A stretch of DNA of 63,408 bases, the filler included, from Octopus bimaculoides (taxonomy: Eukaryota): assembly GCF_001194135.2 (NCBI RefSeq). It is 8 parts of 8 records of this genome, joined end to end, with 100 filler letters (N's around TTAATTAATTAA, not from the genome) between each part and the next. Parts side by side here need not be neighbours in the genome. Positions count along the whole stretch, not along the records: positions 23,571 to 28,106 come from NW_026383990.1; positions 28,207 to 35,576 come from NC_068985.1; positions 35,677 to 49,947 come from NC_069009.1; 5 more parts are not named here. One strand, given 5' to 3'. The stretch's first letter is position 1, and every line of letters begins with the position of its first letter. This document shows positions 26,600 through 38,917 of the stretch, one piece after another. The notes under the pieces were generated by a model. That model saw only the letters and a list, made by a program, of their open reading frames with translations, did no database searches and was not told the DNA's origin. The position numbers were made by a program, and so were the translations under genes.

Positions 26600-26822
26600 A
26601 AGTGTCACACCCTAGCAGTTGAGGGAACCTGTGGAAGAGGTAGACTCAAGAAGACCTGGGATGAGGTGGTGAAGCACAACCTTCAAACATTAGGCCTCAN
26701 NNNNNNNNNCCTGGGATGAGGTGGTGAAGCACAACCTTCAAACATTAGGCCTCACCGAGACAATGACTAGTGACCGAGACTTTTGGAGATATGCTGTGCT
26801 TGAGAAGACCCGACAAAAGTGA
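26600..26822 (+). mobile_element. RTE LINE 3' ORF-end fragment
   Basis: GTTGAGGGAACCTGTGGAAGAGGTAGAC..AAGACCTGGGATGAGGTGGTG..CTTGAGAAGACC is homologous to 44960-45075. Confidence 0.7.
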
Positions 26823-27281
26823 AAAAGTGTCACACCCTAGCAGTTGAGGGAAATAGTTAAACATTTAACCAATTGACTAATAGCAATAAAAGAAATGAAA
26901 CAGAGCCGATGTGTGTGTGTGTGTNNNNNNNNNNGTGTGTGTGTGTGTGCTTATTATTGGTATGATGACCCACCCAAGATATATCAAAATTTGTTTTTAA
27001 TATTTATTTCATAGCTGTGTAACATTTTTAAGGTGGTCACCTGGCAGAATTGTTAGCATGCCAAGCAAAACGCTGAGCAGTGTTTTGACTGTCTTTATGT
27101 TCTGAGTTCAAATTCCACTGAGGTCGACTTATATTTTCATCCTTGCAACATCAACAAATCAAGTACCAGTTTAACACTGGGGCTGATGGTAATATTTCAA
27201 CCCCTCCCCTCCAAAATTGCTCACCGAAATTGCCAAAATGTGAAACCAATATTCATTACACAACTGTGTTGCATTTTTCAG

Positions 27282-27410
27282 ATCCCAGTAATCCTTGCTC
27301 TGTCAACAATGGTGGGTGTGACCAGTTATGCTTTGCTATTGCTGGAAGCCCTCAGCCTGTGTGCAAATGTGTTGAAGGGGACCTCGATTCTGATGGACAG
27401 AAATGCAAAC
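27282..27410 (+). CDS. LRP2: Megalin/LRP2-like exon (EGF-like domain after the propeller)
   Basis: TTTTTCAG| acceptor and |GTAAGA donor; 129 bp, phase 1-1. DPSNPCSVNNGGCDQLCFAIAGSPQPVCKCVEGDLDSDGQKCK is a six-Cys EGF, cf. LRP2 NPCLENNGGCSHLCFALPG..PKCDCAFGTLQSDGKNC (recalled). Confidence 0.9.
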
Positions 27411-27539
27411 GTAAGATACANNNNNNNNNNTAGTTTTTCTGCAATCGTTCCTTTCCCTACAACATTCTTTTTTACACTTCATTCATGGTACAGATGTGAA
27501 GACACTTGCAAAGAGCATGGCTGTTACAGCTTGTTGAGT

Positions 27540-27850
27540 GGCTCTGAGCCATCAAAATAGCCTCTGTAGGCTTGAACTACTAGAAATAGCAGCCAAATCC
27601 CCCTCATGGTCATAACAACTTACTTTCCTCTTTCCTAATTTCTATAAGGCTGAGTGACTCTGAGCCCCCACAAAAAAGAGCCTCTATAGGATCAAACTGC
27701 TTGAAATAGCAACCAAATCTCCCTCACGGTCATAACAACCTACTCTGCTCCTTATTTTTTCTGAGTCTAAATGTATCTAACTCAACAAAGCAGCCCTCTA
27801 TAGAGTCAAACTACTAGAAATAACAGCCAGATCTCCTTCAAATCACACTC
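27540..27850. repeat. Three diverged ~120-bp tandem units
   Basis: Recurrent AGCCTCT(G/A)TAG..(T/C)AAACT(A/G)CT(A/T)GAAATA(G/A)CA(G/A)CCA(A/G)ATC(C/T)CC. Confidence 0.65.
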
Positions 27851-28106
27851 TACCATCTTAAGGCATGACATGTTGGATGATGTAATCCTCCAAGTAGTTC
27901 AGACACAGATTTATCTCCTCTTCAGAGTAATAGTGGTGGTGGTGATGGTGGTGGTGATGGTGGTGGTTCTGTCTTGAACCAAAGGTCTCCTCAGGTCAGT
28001 TATTGTGTTTCAATGGTGTATAAGTGACCAATATCACAATATTGCCCCTGAACGGTACACCAGCCCCTCGTAGGGTTACACTCTTACAGTTGAGTGGAGT
28101 AATGAA

Positions 28107-28206
28107 NNNNNNNNNNNNNNNNNNNNNNNNNNNNNNNNNNNNNNNNNNNNTTAATTAATTAANNNNNNNNNNNNNNNNNNNNNNNNNNNNNNNNNNNNNN
28201 NNNNNN
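28107..28206. other. Artificial scaffold-join spacer
   Basis: 44 N + TTAATTAATTAA (28151-28162) + 44 N. Confidence 0.97.
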
Positions 28207-28578
28207 TATATATATATCGGCGTAGGAGTGGCTGCGTGGTAAGTAGCTTGCTTACCAACCATATGATTTCGGGTTCCGTCCCACTGCGTGGCACTTTGGG
28301 AGTATATATATATATTGGCGAATGTGTGGGTGACCATGTCTGTGTTTCAAGCGAGGGTGCATGAGTATATGCATATAGGCACATGTACGTAGGTGTGCGG
28401 GCGCGCATGTGTATGAACGGATCGGTGTGCTTACGCGAATACTATGGACATTTTTACTCCCTTAACTTTTCTCCCTCCCCTCACTTTGCAGCTATTCTAA
28501 TACCTCTTTTGTCTTGATAACGGTCATCCACACAGTAATTTTCTTTTTTTTAACGGTCATTTTCATAGCAATTTTCAT

Positions 28579-28652
28579 TGGCCAGATAACTGAAGAGATG
28601 ACGGCCTGGGTTTCCGTTCCGGCATCCGAAACTCAGAGTTTTATCATGGCTA
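28579..28652 (+). ncRNA. Minimal type I hammerhead ribozyme motif (Penelope-type)
   Basis: Stem I TGGCCAGATAA / TTATC(A)TGGCTA; core CTGAAGA (28590-28596); stem II GATG/CATC; GAAA (28628-28631); palindromic stem III AACTC-A-GAGTT; GUU triplet, predicted cut after 28640. One extra C sits at the stem II/GAAA junction. Confidence 0.7.
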
Positions 28653-28817
28653 CCGAATAATTATCACATCTTTTTACAGATAAATTGCTCTATTTACATA
28701 ATATCGAGGTTTCTTTCTTTTGTTTTCTTTTCTATCAATCTCTCTCTCTATATATATATATATAATATTAAGATAAAGAGACCAATGGCATAAGTAAAAT
28801 TATATTTTATATAGAAA

Positions 28818-28866
28818 GTCTTACAGCTGTTTCAGGGAAAATTCATTGTATTCCTTCATCGCAGAC
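28818..28866 (-). ncRNA. Degenerate minimal type I hammerhead motif (second family)
   Basis: Minus strand: GTCT-GCGATGA-AGGAA..TTCCCT-GAAA-CAGCTG-TA-AGAC. Perfect palindrome ACAGCTGT in stem III and a GUA triplet; core C3U4 is replaced by GC. Confidence 0.55.
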
Positions 28867-29676
28867 GGTAATAGTAAAAGAATGGTTTATTACATCTATA
28901 TGAGGAGATTTACAGTAAGAAATGAGAGCGATGCGGAGAAGAAAGAGCAAAGAAGAAAAAAAGAAAAAGTACTTGTAGTATAGTTCCATTCCAACAGTAA
29001 ACATCCATGTAAAGAATCCGTGTGGGTATTTTCCAGAGATAATTATAGTTGTAATGGTGGATATATATCATATGGTATCCAGTTTACTCTGTGCGTTGTT
29101 TACTTAAAGGATAGTCCGAAGTGAGTGGAAGATGTGTGTAGGATTAAGAGCTTAAGCCTTAAGACAGGAAGGAAAGGAGGAGGAGATAATTTAAGGGAGA
29201 AATGAAGGTATTGGTGCCAGTAGTACGAGATTGTGAAGTCGGTTATACTGACAGAAAGGAAGGAAGAAGTAAAGAGAACAAAGGGAAGAAGAAGTGGGTG
29301 GAAGTATAAGTTTAGTAAAGAAATGGATAGGTGGAGAAAAGGAGCGTGAAGAGGTAATGTGAAGAAGTAAGAGGGAGGTAGTCATAATTGTGTATAGTGT
29401 CAGAATAGGAAGGAACATGTAGGGGGTGATGATGTTGGTGGCATTCGAAGAATAGTATTAAAGGAAGAAAGTAAAATAAGAGAGAAAGTGAATAGTGTTA
29501 ATATTCTGTAGAGCTGAAAACTATTTTAAAGATGGTAAAAGGTGACCTATTTGCTAACTCAAGTTGGTTGGGGTTACCTATGGGGAGTTGTGGGAGTACG
29601 TTGTGTGGTCATTTGTGAATTTGTGTCTGTGGTAGAAATTCAATGTATGGAAGAAACGGTGATTACAGGTACTAAG

Positions 29677-29707
<31 letters not shown>

Positions 29708-30012
29708 GCTTCTTCCAGTTTCCGTCTAACAAATTCACTGTCAAGTTTCTGTTCGGTGCGAGGCAGTTACCCTATCTTCCGCGCACTGGGGTACACGTAG
29801 AGCCATATATGTGATTAGGAAGCAAATTTCTTACCACCCAGGCACGCATCAATGTCTTTTTATTGTTTATATGTTCTTTTTACATCAATTCATTATACTA
29901 TCTATCTGAATTAAATAACTTGCTTAACTTTACTAAATTCATTATTTTTTTAACCCTTTGCATTTTCGTTGTTTATAATTATAGTCTTTCCTTTCTTATA
30001 GTTTCTCTCGTG

Positions 30013-30044
<32 letters not shown>

Positions 30045-30459
30045 NNNNNNNNNNNNNNNNNNNNNNNNNNNNNNNNNNNNNNNNNNNNNNNNNNNNNNNN
30101 NNNNNNNNNNNNNNNNNNNNNNNNNNNNNNNNNNNNNNNNNNNNNNNNNNNNNNNNNNNNNNNNNNNNNNNNNNNNNNNNNNNNNNNNNNNNNNNNNNNN
30201 NNNNNNNNNNNNNNNNNNNNNNNNNNNNNNNNNNNNNNNNNNNNNNNNNNNNNNNNNNNNNNNNNNNNNNNNNNNNNNNNNNNNNNNNNNNNNNNNNNNN
30301 NNNNNNNNNNNNNNNNNNNNNNNNNNNNNNNNNNNNNNNNNNNNNNNNNNNNNNNNNNNNNNNNNNNNNNNNNNNNNNNNNNNNNNNNNNNNNNNNNNNN
30401 NNNNNNNNNNNNNNNNNNNNNNNNNNNNNNNNNNNNNNNNNNNNNNNNNNNNNNNNNNN

Positions 30460-30491
<32 letters not shown>

Positions 30492-30509
30492 GAATATTTC
30501 CCGATCTAA

Positions 30510-31920
30510 AACGTGGGTTACCAAACATCGACCCGAGGGACAGATACGACCCACCGTCCTATGCCGAAAAGAATAAACATGCTTTTATACTACTTCTTAC
30601 ACTTCTTAGATTACGCATGTCGTATGTATACTGAGTCAGTCTCTTTACGTGCTATGTATTTCCTGCGACATAATAACTACAACAGTACATCACGTGTACC
30701 TCGGTTAGTCAGTTATTAGTGATTACAATTAAAACGAGAATATCTGACGCCGAGACCTAAGATTGCTTTTGTTTTTTTCTTCACCCATCGTTATGGCTAC
30801 TAAGAAGAGAAAAGTTAATGATGAATATCACATTTTCAATAAAGAATGGGGAAAAAAATCACTTCTTTGTGGAAACAAACGACCAAAAGGTTAGCTGCCT
30901 GATATGCGACACATTCTAAATATCCTGGAAATTTGCGGTTCCCGAGAAAATTGAATCTATGAAACATAGTCTGGAATCTCAAAGGAATTTCATGACGAAA
31001 AAGTTTGTCTAAAATGAATCTATCACTCGTGTAAGTTACAAAATAATGAATAAGTTGGCAGAGCGAGGAAAACCATTTACTGACGGAAACTTTTATGACA
31101 TCCATTTGCAGTAAACATGAACAACAACTGGAGAAGATATTTTCATAAAGGTGCACAAAACTTTGCAAAACTATAACATTCAGTGGAATCAGCTTCGGTG
31201 TGTTATAGTCGATGGAGGGCAAAACATGGCAGGACTGACGAAGGGTTTGGTATCGGCAGATCAAGTCCAAGTTGGAGGAGCTTCAACTTACGAAAGCTCT
31301 GTTTATACACTGTATTGTACATCAGCAAGCACTCTGTGGAAAATACTTAGATATTTCTTGCGTGCTAACACTAGTTACAAATTTGGTGAACTTTATTCGG
31401 AATCATGGGCTTAATCACCGACAGTTCCAGGCTTTCCTTGAAGAAATGGATTCTAATTTCTGTGACTTGCCTTGCTACACAGTAGTGAGATGGCTCAGTT
31501 GCAGTAAAGTCCTGTTTAGTTTTTATAAGCTCCAAGGAAAAATAGCTCTTTTTCTCACCGAAAAGAATAGAGCTGATCCACAGCTGTCAGATCCTTCATG
31601 GTTTTCAAAGTTGTCATTTTTAGTTGACGTCACTTCTCATATGAATGAATTGAATTTAAAACTGCAAGGAAAGAATAACCTTGTCTATGATCTCTACAGA
31701 ATTATTACAGCATTTTGGAGAAAGCTATCATTGTTTGAAGCACAACTTGAAGGAGTAAACGTCTCTCACTTTCAGTGTTTTCAAGAGTTTTGCACAGAAA
31801 ATGTGGAACATGATAACCTCGAATTTCAGAAAAAAATTATTTGGCCATGTACAATCAACGAAAAGTATACTTCACTGATTTGTGTAATAACTTTTTTATA
31901 ATAGTTAAAAACCGTACGGC
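30510..31920 (+). mobile_element. Decayed hAT element; Charlie/SPIN (GTF2IRD2/ZBED5-like) transposase pseudogene
   Basis: Fragments NKEW..FVE..QKVSCLIC, KPFTDG, CVIVDGGQNMAG (catalytic D), IHCIVHQQALC (CxxH), HRQFQAFL, VRWLS..KVL, FLVDVTSHMNELNLKLQG; frameshifts and deletions. Element ends are uncertain. Confidence 0.9.
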
Positions 31921-34900
31921 TCAAAATATGTAGTTCAATAGTTTATTATTTAGATAAAGCTATTGTGTGGAATTGGTGGAATGAACACAAATATTATCGA
32001 TATTCTCTTTAGAAGTACGAAAAATAAAATTAAACATATGTAAAGAATTTGTGTTTTCCTTATTTCAAGGTATCTCTTTCCCACTAGACTTTAAAATTTC
32101 ATTATTACTACACCCCAATTTTTGCAACTGTTCCAGTTGTAACTATGATACTACAATCGCTGCTATTCCTACTACAACGTTTCCCACTATCGCCACTATC
32201 ATCGCCATCACCACTAGCAATATCACTATAAATCGCACCCCATCGCCATCCTTACTACTTTCTTCTATTACCATTGCTATTACTGCAACTACTCTGATCA
32301 AACGATCTTGTATAGAATAAGGTAGAGAATCAATTTCACCATACATTCTCCTGAACTAGACATGATTGCAAGTGCACGGAAAGTCGGGTAAAGGTTCTGT
32401 GAAGTCTGTACAAGATATGAAATCAGACCATACAAAACTAAAAGGAAAACTGTAAAAGATTTTGACTAGAACAGTTACTGTGTAAGCCATATCTACCATG
32501 CTCAGTCAGTGATTTTATTGATTCATCTTTAAATCTGTTGCACACATTAACCAATTAGGCTTATTATTACAACGAAAATGAAATTAGCTAATTTTATCTA
32601 ATTCTTCATTTGTAATATATTATTGAAACTTTAAATGAAAATCTGTTCTTCATAACACGTTATGTAAATAAAAGGCAGTTCTTACGATAAATGTTTAATT
32701 AATATTGAGAAATGGAATTCCTATAAGACATTATTAGTTACAGAATATTGGATAAATTACATTGTCTAAACTTTAAAGACGATGGTAGTGCTGGGAAGAA
32801 TAGTTATACAAAATATTCTTTATTTAGTATAGAAATTTATTATTCCATAAAGCAAAATGCTTAGCGGCTCTTCGTCCACGTTAACATTTTGAGTTAAAAT
32901 CCCGCCAAGGTCGACTTTACTTTTCATCCCTCTCTGGGTCGATAAAATAACTACCAGCTGAGCACTGGGGTCGATGTAATCGATTAGCTCCCTCCACCAA
33001 AATTTGGAGGTTTGTGCCTGTAATAGAAAAGAACAATGTATAAATGAATACTCGGATCTCAAGTACCACAACAATTATATTTCATTTTAATTTTGCAAGT
33101 TATAAGACATATATATGAGTCAACTCTACATATCATACTTCGTATATTACAAGTTACAGAATTAAATAAATGAGCTTTAGATCTTTAATTCTATTCTTAG
33201 AAACATGGTGTAAAACCTCGATACTCCGATGGATAGCTAGTCAAATCTGCATCGTTCACTTGTGTAACAATTTTCTTCAATTACTATATATTATTTTTAT
33301 TTCAAATCACAGTTCTTCGTTAAATAACGGCATTTCAAAACACACCTTGTTGCATACTAAGTTGCAGTTTCTGGAGATAAGTTGAACTATATTAGTTTAG
33401 TTTACTAGGACTTTTTGCCATTTATAAAATAGGTTTAATTATGCAAGCATGGTCAGAGGCTGTTAATTAATATTTAAACATTAGAATAGTAAAAAAAATG
33501 ATTCTTCATGAACCAAAATATGATAATGAATCGAAAGTTACTTTGATGTCCAATCTAAAGTCAGTTTGATGCCCAAACTAAAATAAAGTTCCAATAATGT
33601 AATTCGATACTAATATCATATCATTTTGATAAGTCGGTGGATTAAAGGACTGTTGATTCGATACGAAGTGCAACACTCAATTATTCGGGTGGAATTTAGC
33701 GAATTACTCAAACACAGAATGAATTTTTAAAATAAGTAGTGTTAATCAACATTTCTGCGCTGAAGAGTGTGTTTTACCTACTTGCAGCAACTTCTCATTT
33801 GTCCACTAGAAGGATGTTTTCATCCTGGTATTGATTGCATTGATCTCTAATATGTGATGTTATTATACCAAAGAATGGTTAAAGTAATCTATTCCGCTTT
33901 AAAGATGCCAAAAGTTGTATAGTTATTTGGAAATCAATTAGCTCCCAGTTCAGAAATAATATGAATCATAATACGTTTTGTAAAATCCATAGTTATTGAG
34001 TTGTTCCATTTATGAAAATCCATCGAAAGATCATATTTAATACAAACAATGCTCTAATACAAATAAATCAATGCTTTAGTCTGATTATTCGTACATAAAT
34101 ACTGTCTGTAGTTGTTTAAGTATTTCAATGAATAAATATCTTATGATTGCACTCGATAGATATATCAATTACTAGTCATAACAGTTATGTTATTTTGTGT
34201 AAGGAAATGAATAATCAGAAAGATGTTACTGTACACTTTGTACTGATGTGTTATAATAGATCAGCGAAATAGTAGTACGATATTGAATTATATCTTTTAA
34301 TGCAGAGAAGTTCTTTTTTTTTATCAGAAAGAAAAATAAATTACTGATATTAAAAGTAAAAAAGCAGTTCTGTATACTGTCTGTCGCTATATTGTTTCTA
34401 TTATGGATGCACTAGCATAGAAGAAAATTCTTTTCTCCCAAACAATAATGAAATTTAGACAGGGGAATTTCAAATTCCTTGAGATATCAGTATTTGCAGA
34501 TAACTCCTTCAGAAATATATTTTGTCAGAATTGAAATAACAAATATCAATGCCTCGGAGAGCGGAGAAATGTTGAAAAAACTCTCATCGTTTAATCTCTT
34601 GTGATTCTCGGCAAATCTTATCAACTTTTGTGTATTTGAATGGCTGTCACCATTCTAAGAACATTGCTAATGATTTCTTCAATACCATTGAGGTTCACTC
34701 GAGAAAATGATTACGAATAGATATGTCCTTATTTTAGATTAAATATTTTCAACAATGCAGATCGGAAATAATTTTACTATATCGGGGCTGATAATTTAAA
34801 CTATAAGCCAGGCTTAATCCCATGTTATCAGATGTATTTATAAAATAGCGATCGAGCGACTCTGTTGAAATCAATTTTACATTCAATACTAATTTTCTAA

Positions 34901-35576
34901 ATAGCTATTTCCTTTTCATTGCTAAATCAAAATATTCCAAAGCAATAAAGTTTTGAAAACAGCAATATTGTGAAAAATTAATTATATTAGAATATAATAA
35001 TAATTGCATAAAACTTCAAGCATGTCTCAAAGTCACTGTAATTAGCCTGATAAGTTTGCAAAACTGATATTCAACTTATCGCCAATTGAATGTATTTTAC
35101 AATGTTAACATTAGTCAGAGAAGAGAAACTAATAGAATCAACTCTATTTTATTTCTATTTATCTGAGATATGAAATTCCATTTATAATATGAAATAATAA
35201 TTTTAATTATTTCATGTCATATTTACATGTGCTAACTTTACATAATTACTTAAATAGTCAATAATGCCGATAGATAGCAAAAAGTATGTGCTTCTGTCTG
35301 TGTGAAAGAGAGAGACAGAGAGAGAACGAGGGGTGTGTGCATGCGCGCGCGCGTGTCTAAGAAAACATGTTTAAGAGAAATGCTAACACATTATTTGACA
35401 TGATGGCAACCTGCCAATTCGTACAGAAGCATATTTCCTCAGTATTATTTGAATTTATCGCATTAATATTCATTAACGGAACCCTTTACTTTGTATGAAA
35501 TATGATCAGTATGTTCATATAAAGACTGAAGTTTTATGTTGTTAGAAGGTCATATATATATATATATATATATATA

Positions 35577-35676
35577 NNNNNNNNNNNNNNNNNNNNNNNN
35601 NNNNNNNNNNNNNNNNNNNNTTAATTAATTAANNNNNNNNNNNNNNNNNNNNNNNNNNNNNNNNNNNNNNNNNNNN
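35577..35676. other. Artificial scaffold-join spacer
   Basis: 44 N + TTAATTAATTAA (35621-35632) + 44 N. Confidence 0.97.
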
Positions 35677-35712
35677 TTTTTTTGTAGGTTTTTTAATGCT
35701 GTTTTTAATTAA

Positions 35713-36326
35713 TTCTTTGGCATTCAGATTCCTCTGTGAAATGTAATGCTTGTTTATTCACATTGTTTTGGATTAATCATGCATTATCTCATAGCTTCAA
35801 AATTTCAATGATGTGATTGTATATTGTGAGAATGACATTGTAGGATAGATGTGAGAAGCTGGATCTGGCCAGTTTGAATATAAAATAGGTAGAAATTTTG
35901 GGTCGATTTAGCCAGTTTAATCCTTTAGCAATCAGATTACTCCGTCAAATGTGATGCTTATTTATCCACATTGTTTTCAATTAATCATGCAATTATGTCA
36001 TAGCATTGAGGTTTCAATGATGTGATTGTTTATTATTGGAATGACATTGTTGGATAGGAGTGAGAGGCCAGATCTGGCTGGTTTGAACATAAAACATTTG
36101 ATTGAGATATGGTCTGTTTAACCCTTCAGCATTCAGATTACTCTGTCAAATGTAATGCTTATTTATTTGTGCTGTTTTGAATTAATCATCCATCATCTTG
36201 TAGCTTCGAAATTTCAATGTTGTTATTGTTTATGACATTATAGGAAAGGTGTGAGAAGCTAGATGTGGTTAGTTTGAGTATAAAACAGTATTTTGACTGG
36301 ATATGGCCAGTTTAAATGCTAAAAGG
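35713..36326. mobile_element. Head-to-tail trimer of a ~205-bp piggyBac-type MITE
   Basis: Units begin after TTAA at 35709, 35917 and 36118 with (CCC)TT(C/T)AGCATTCAGATTACTC-like starts; only the last unit ends ATGCTAAAAGG|TTGA. Confidence 0.75.
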
Positions 36327-37049
36327 TTGAATACTTCACCTATGGTCATCAATGTTGGTTCATGACTGAAAGAGTTTGATTGTGAATGCTAACAGCTGAA
36401 ATAGGGTTCCTTTGAAGGTTCTCTGGATTAATATTACTTGAAAGGGTGTGTGGCCTGGAGATCAGGGAGTCGAGCCACAACTTCTACTCATTGAGGGTCA
36501 CAGCTCCAGAACCAAAGACACATGGTAAGCATGTCACAGCAAAGAACTACAAGACAGATTCTTCAAGCTGAGCCAGCCAGCAGGAGACATAACAGGGAGA
36601 CCAAAAACAAGCTGGTTGGATAATATCCATATTATCTTTTACTTGTTTCAATCATGCTGGAGCACAGCTCGAAGAATTTTTAGTCAAATGAATCGAACCC
36701 AATACTAATTTAAACATTTTTTTTTTTTTTTTTGCTCAGCCTAATACTTATTCTATTGGTCTCTCCACTAACTTACAGGGACATAAACACACCAACACCA
36801 GTTGTCAAGCTGTGGTGGGGAACAGGCATGAAGTCACACACACATTCTTTTATTTTTTTTATCAGTCGCTTTTGCCAAACCTTTAAATTATGGGAGTGCA
36901 AACACACCAACACTGGTTGTCAAGTGGTGGTGGTTATGGTGGGGGCACAAACAGACATAAAAACACATAGATATACATACATACATATATGTGTGTGTGT
37001 GTGTATGTATATCTATGTGTTTTTATGTCTGTTTATATATATATACACA

Positions 37050-37388
37050 CCACCTGACTGGCTCCCGTGCCAGTGACATGTAAAAAGCACCATCTGAACG
37101 TGGCCGATGCCAGTACCCACTGACTGGCTCTCGTGCCGGTGGCATGTAAAAGGCACTATCCGAACATAATCGATGCTAGGGTCGCCTGACTGGCTCCTGT
37201 GCTGGTGGCACATAAAAAGCACCCACTACACTTTCGGAGTGGTTGGCGTTAGGAAGGGCATCCAGCTGTAGAAATACTGCCAGATCAGATTGGAGCCTGG
37301 TGTGGCCACTGGCACTCCAGACCTCAGTCAAACCATCCAACCCATGCCAGCATGGAAAATGGACATTAAGCGATGATGATGATGATGA
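37050..37388 (+). mobile_element. RTE LINE 3'UTR copy with three diverged 66-bp units
   Basis: CTGACTGGCTC..GTGC(C/T)(A/G)GTG..AAA..GCAC x3, then GTGGTTGGCGTTAGGAAGGGCATCCAGCTGTAGAAA and a (GAT)n tail. Other copies at 23571-23665(-), 39795-40195(-), 45773-46145(+), 49400-49745(+), 57465-57680(-), 58950-59100(-). Confidence 0.75.
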
Positions 37389-38917
37389 ATGGGCTTCTTT
37401 CAGTTTCCATCTACCAAATCCATTGACAAAGCTTTGATCAGCTCATGGCTATAATAAAAGGTGTCACCCAGCAGGACTGAACCCAGAACCATCTGGTTAG
37501 GAAGCAAGCTACTTACCACACAGACATTGAGGAAAGTATAATGACAGTTGCTTCTGATAAGACCCTATGGAGGAGGAGCCTGAGGTGTCTATCCTCACAA
37601 CCCTGAATGGAAGAGATGGATTGGACGGGTGATTACCATAGATGTCTTTTTTTACCTTGTAATACAAATGCGTGTGAAGATGCATGGCTAATTGCTTAGA
37701 GCACCAGGCTCACAATCATGAGGTAGTGAACTTGATTCTTGAGCAAAACACTTTATTTCACATTGCTCCAGTTCCCTCAGTTGTAGAAATGAGTTGCAAC
37801 ATCACTGGTGCCAAGCTGTATTGGCCCCTTTGCCTTTCCCTTGGATAACATTGATGGTGTGGAGAGGGGAGACTGGTATGCATGGGTGACTGCTAGTCTT
37901 CCATAACTTTGCCTGGACTTGTGCCTCAGAGGGTAACTTTCTAGGTGCAATCCCATAGTCATTCATGACCAAAGGGGGTCTTTACCCTTTATCCTATGTA
38001 CATATAATGGCACAGAGAGGGGAGGCTGGTATGCGTAGGTGACTGCTAGTTTTCCATAAATAACCTTGCCTGGACTTGTGCCTCAGAAGGTAACTTTCTA
38101 AGTGCAATACCATGGTTATTCATGACCTGAGGAGTGGTCTTTACCCTTTAAATGAAAGTATATCTTTCTTTTATGCCTCATTTCATCTTGACCCTTTGCA
38201 GATGGGAAGTGGTACTGACCACATCAAAACTGTGTGTATGAGCAGTACGATGTCTTGCTCTGTGTAGCACCATGTTTTCAAATACACCACACTGAGAAGA
38301 ATCTGTTAATACACTGAAATTGCTTATATGAAAAATTATTTAGTTACTGAACAGCTCAATACTGAGTACACAGCACAGACTATCAGCATTAAATCCATCT
38401 GCGAAGGATTCAAGTCCTTGGTTTTCAAATCAAACAATTAGAAGTTACCTGTTTATTTTTTTTCTCCCCTTGTAATATGCTTGCTTTTGAAATGAGGTAT
38501 GGTTGTGTGATAAGAAGCTTGCTTCCCGACCCCATGGTTCCAGGTTCAGTCCCACTGCGTGCCACCTTGGGCAGCTGTCTTCTACTATACTCTCGGGCTG
38601 ACTAAAACTTGTGAGTGGATTTGTTAGATGGAAACTGAATAAAGCCCATAATATATGTGTGTGTGTGTTTCTGTGTTTGTCTCCCATCACAGCTTGCCAA
38701 CAGGTGTTGGTGTTTACGTCCCCATAACTTAGTGGTTCGGCAAAAGAAACCGATAGATTAAGTACCAGGCTTTAAAAAGAAAAGTGCTGGGGTTGATTCA
38801 TTTGAGTAAAAAAAAACCTCTTTGGCTGTTGTTTCTAGCGTGTGAAGAGACCTTCTAGGCTTAACTTCATACACAGGTTGAAAATCACCTATGCATGCAC
38901 AAAAGCGTGAATGAGTT

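Noticed and set aside
26656-26755. Short direct duplications flanking 10-N gaps (also 56155-56320, 62520-62630)
   Set aside because: Identical sequence on both sides of a fixed-size gap indicates unmerged contig overlap.
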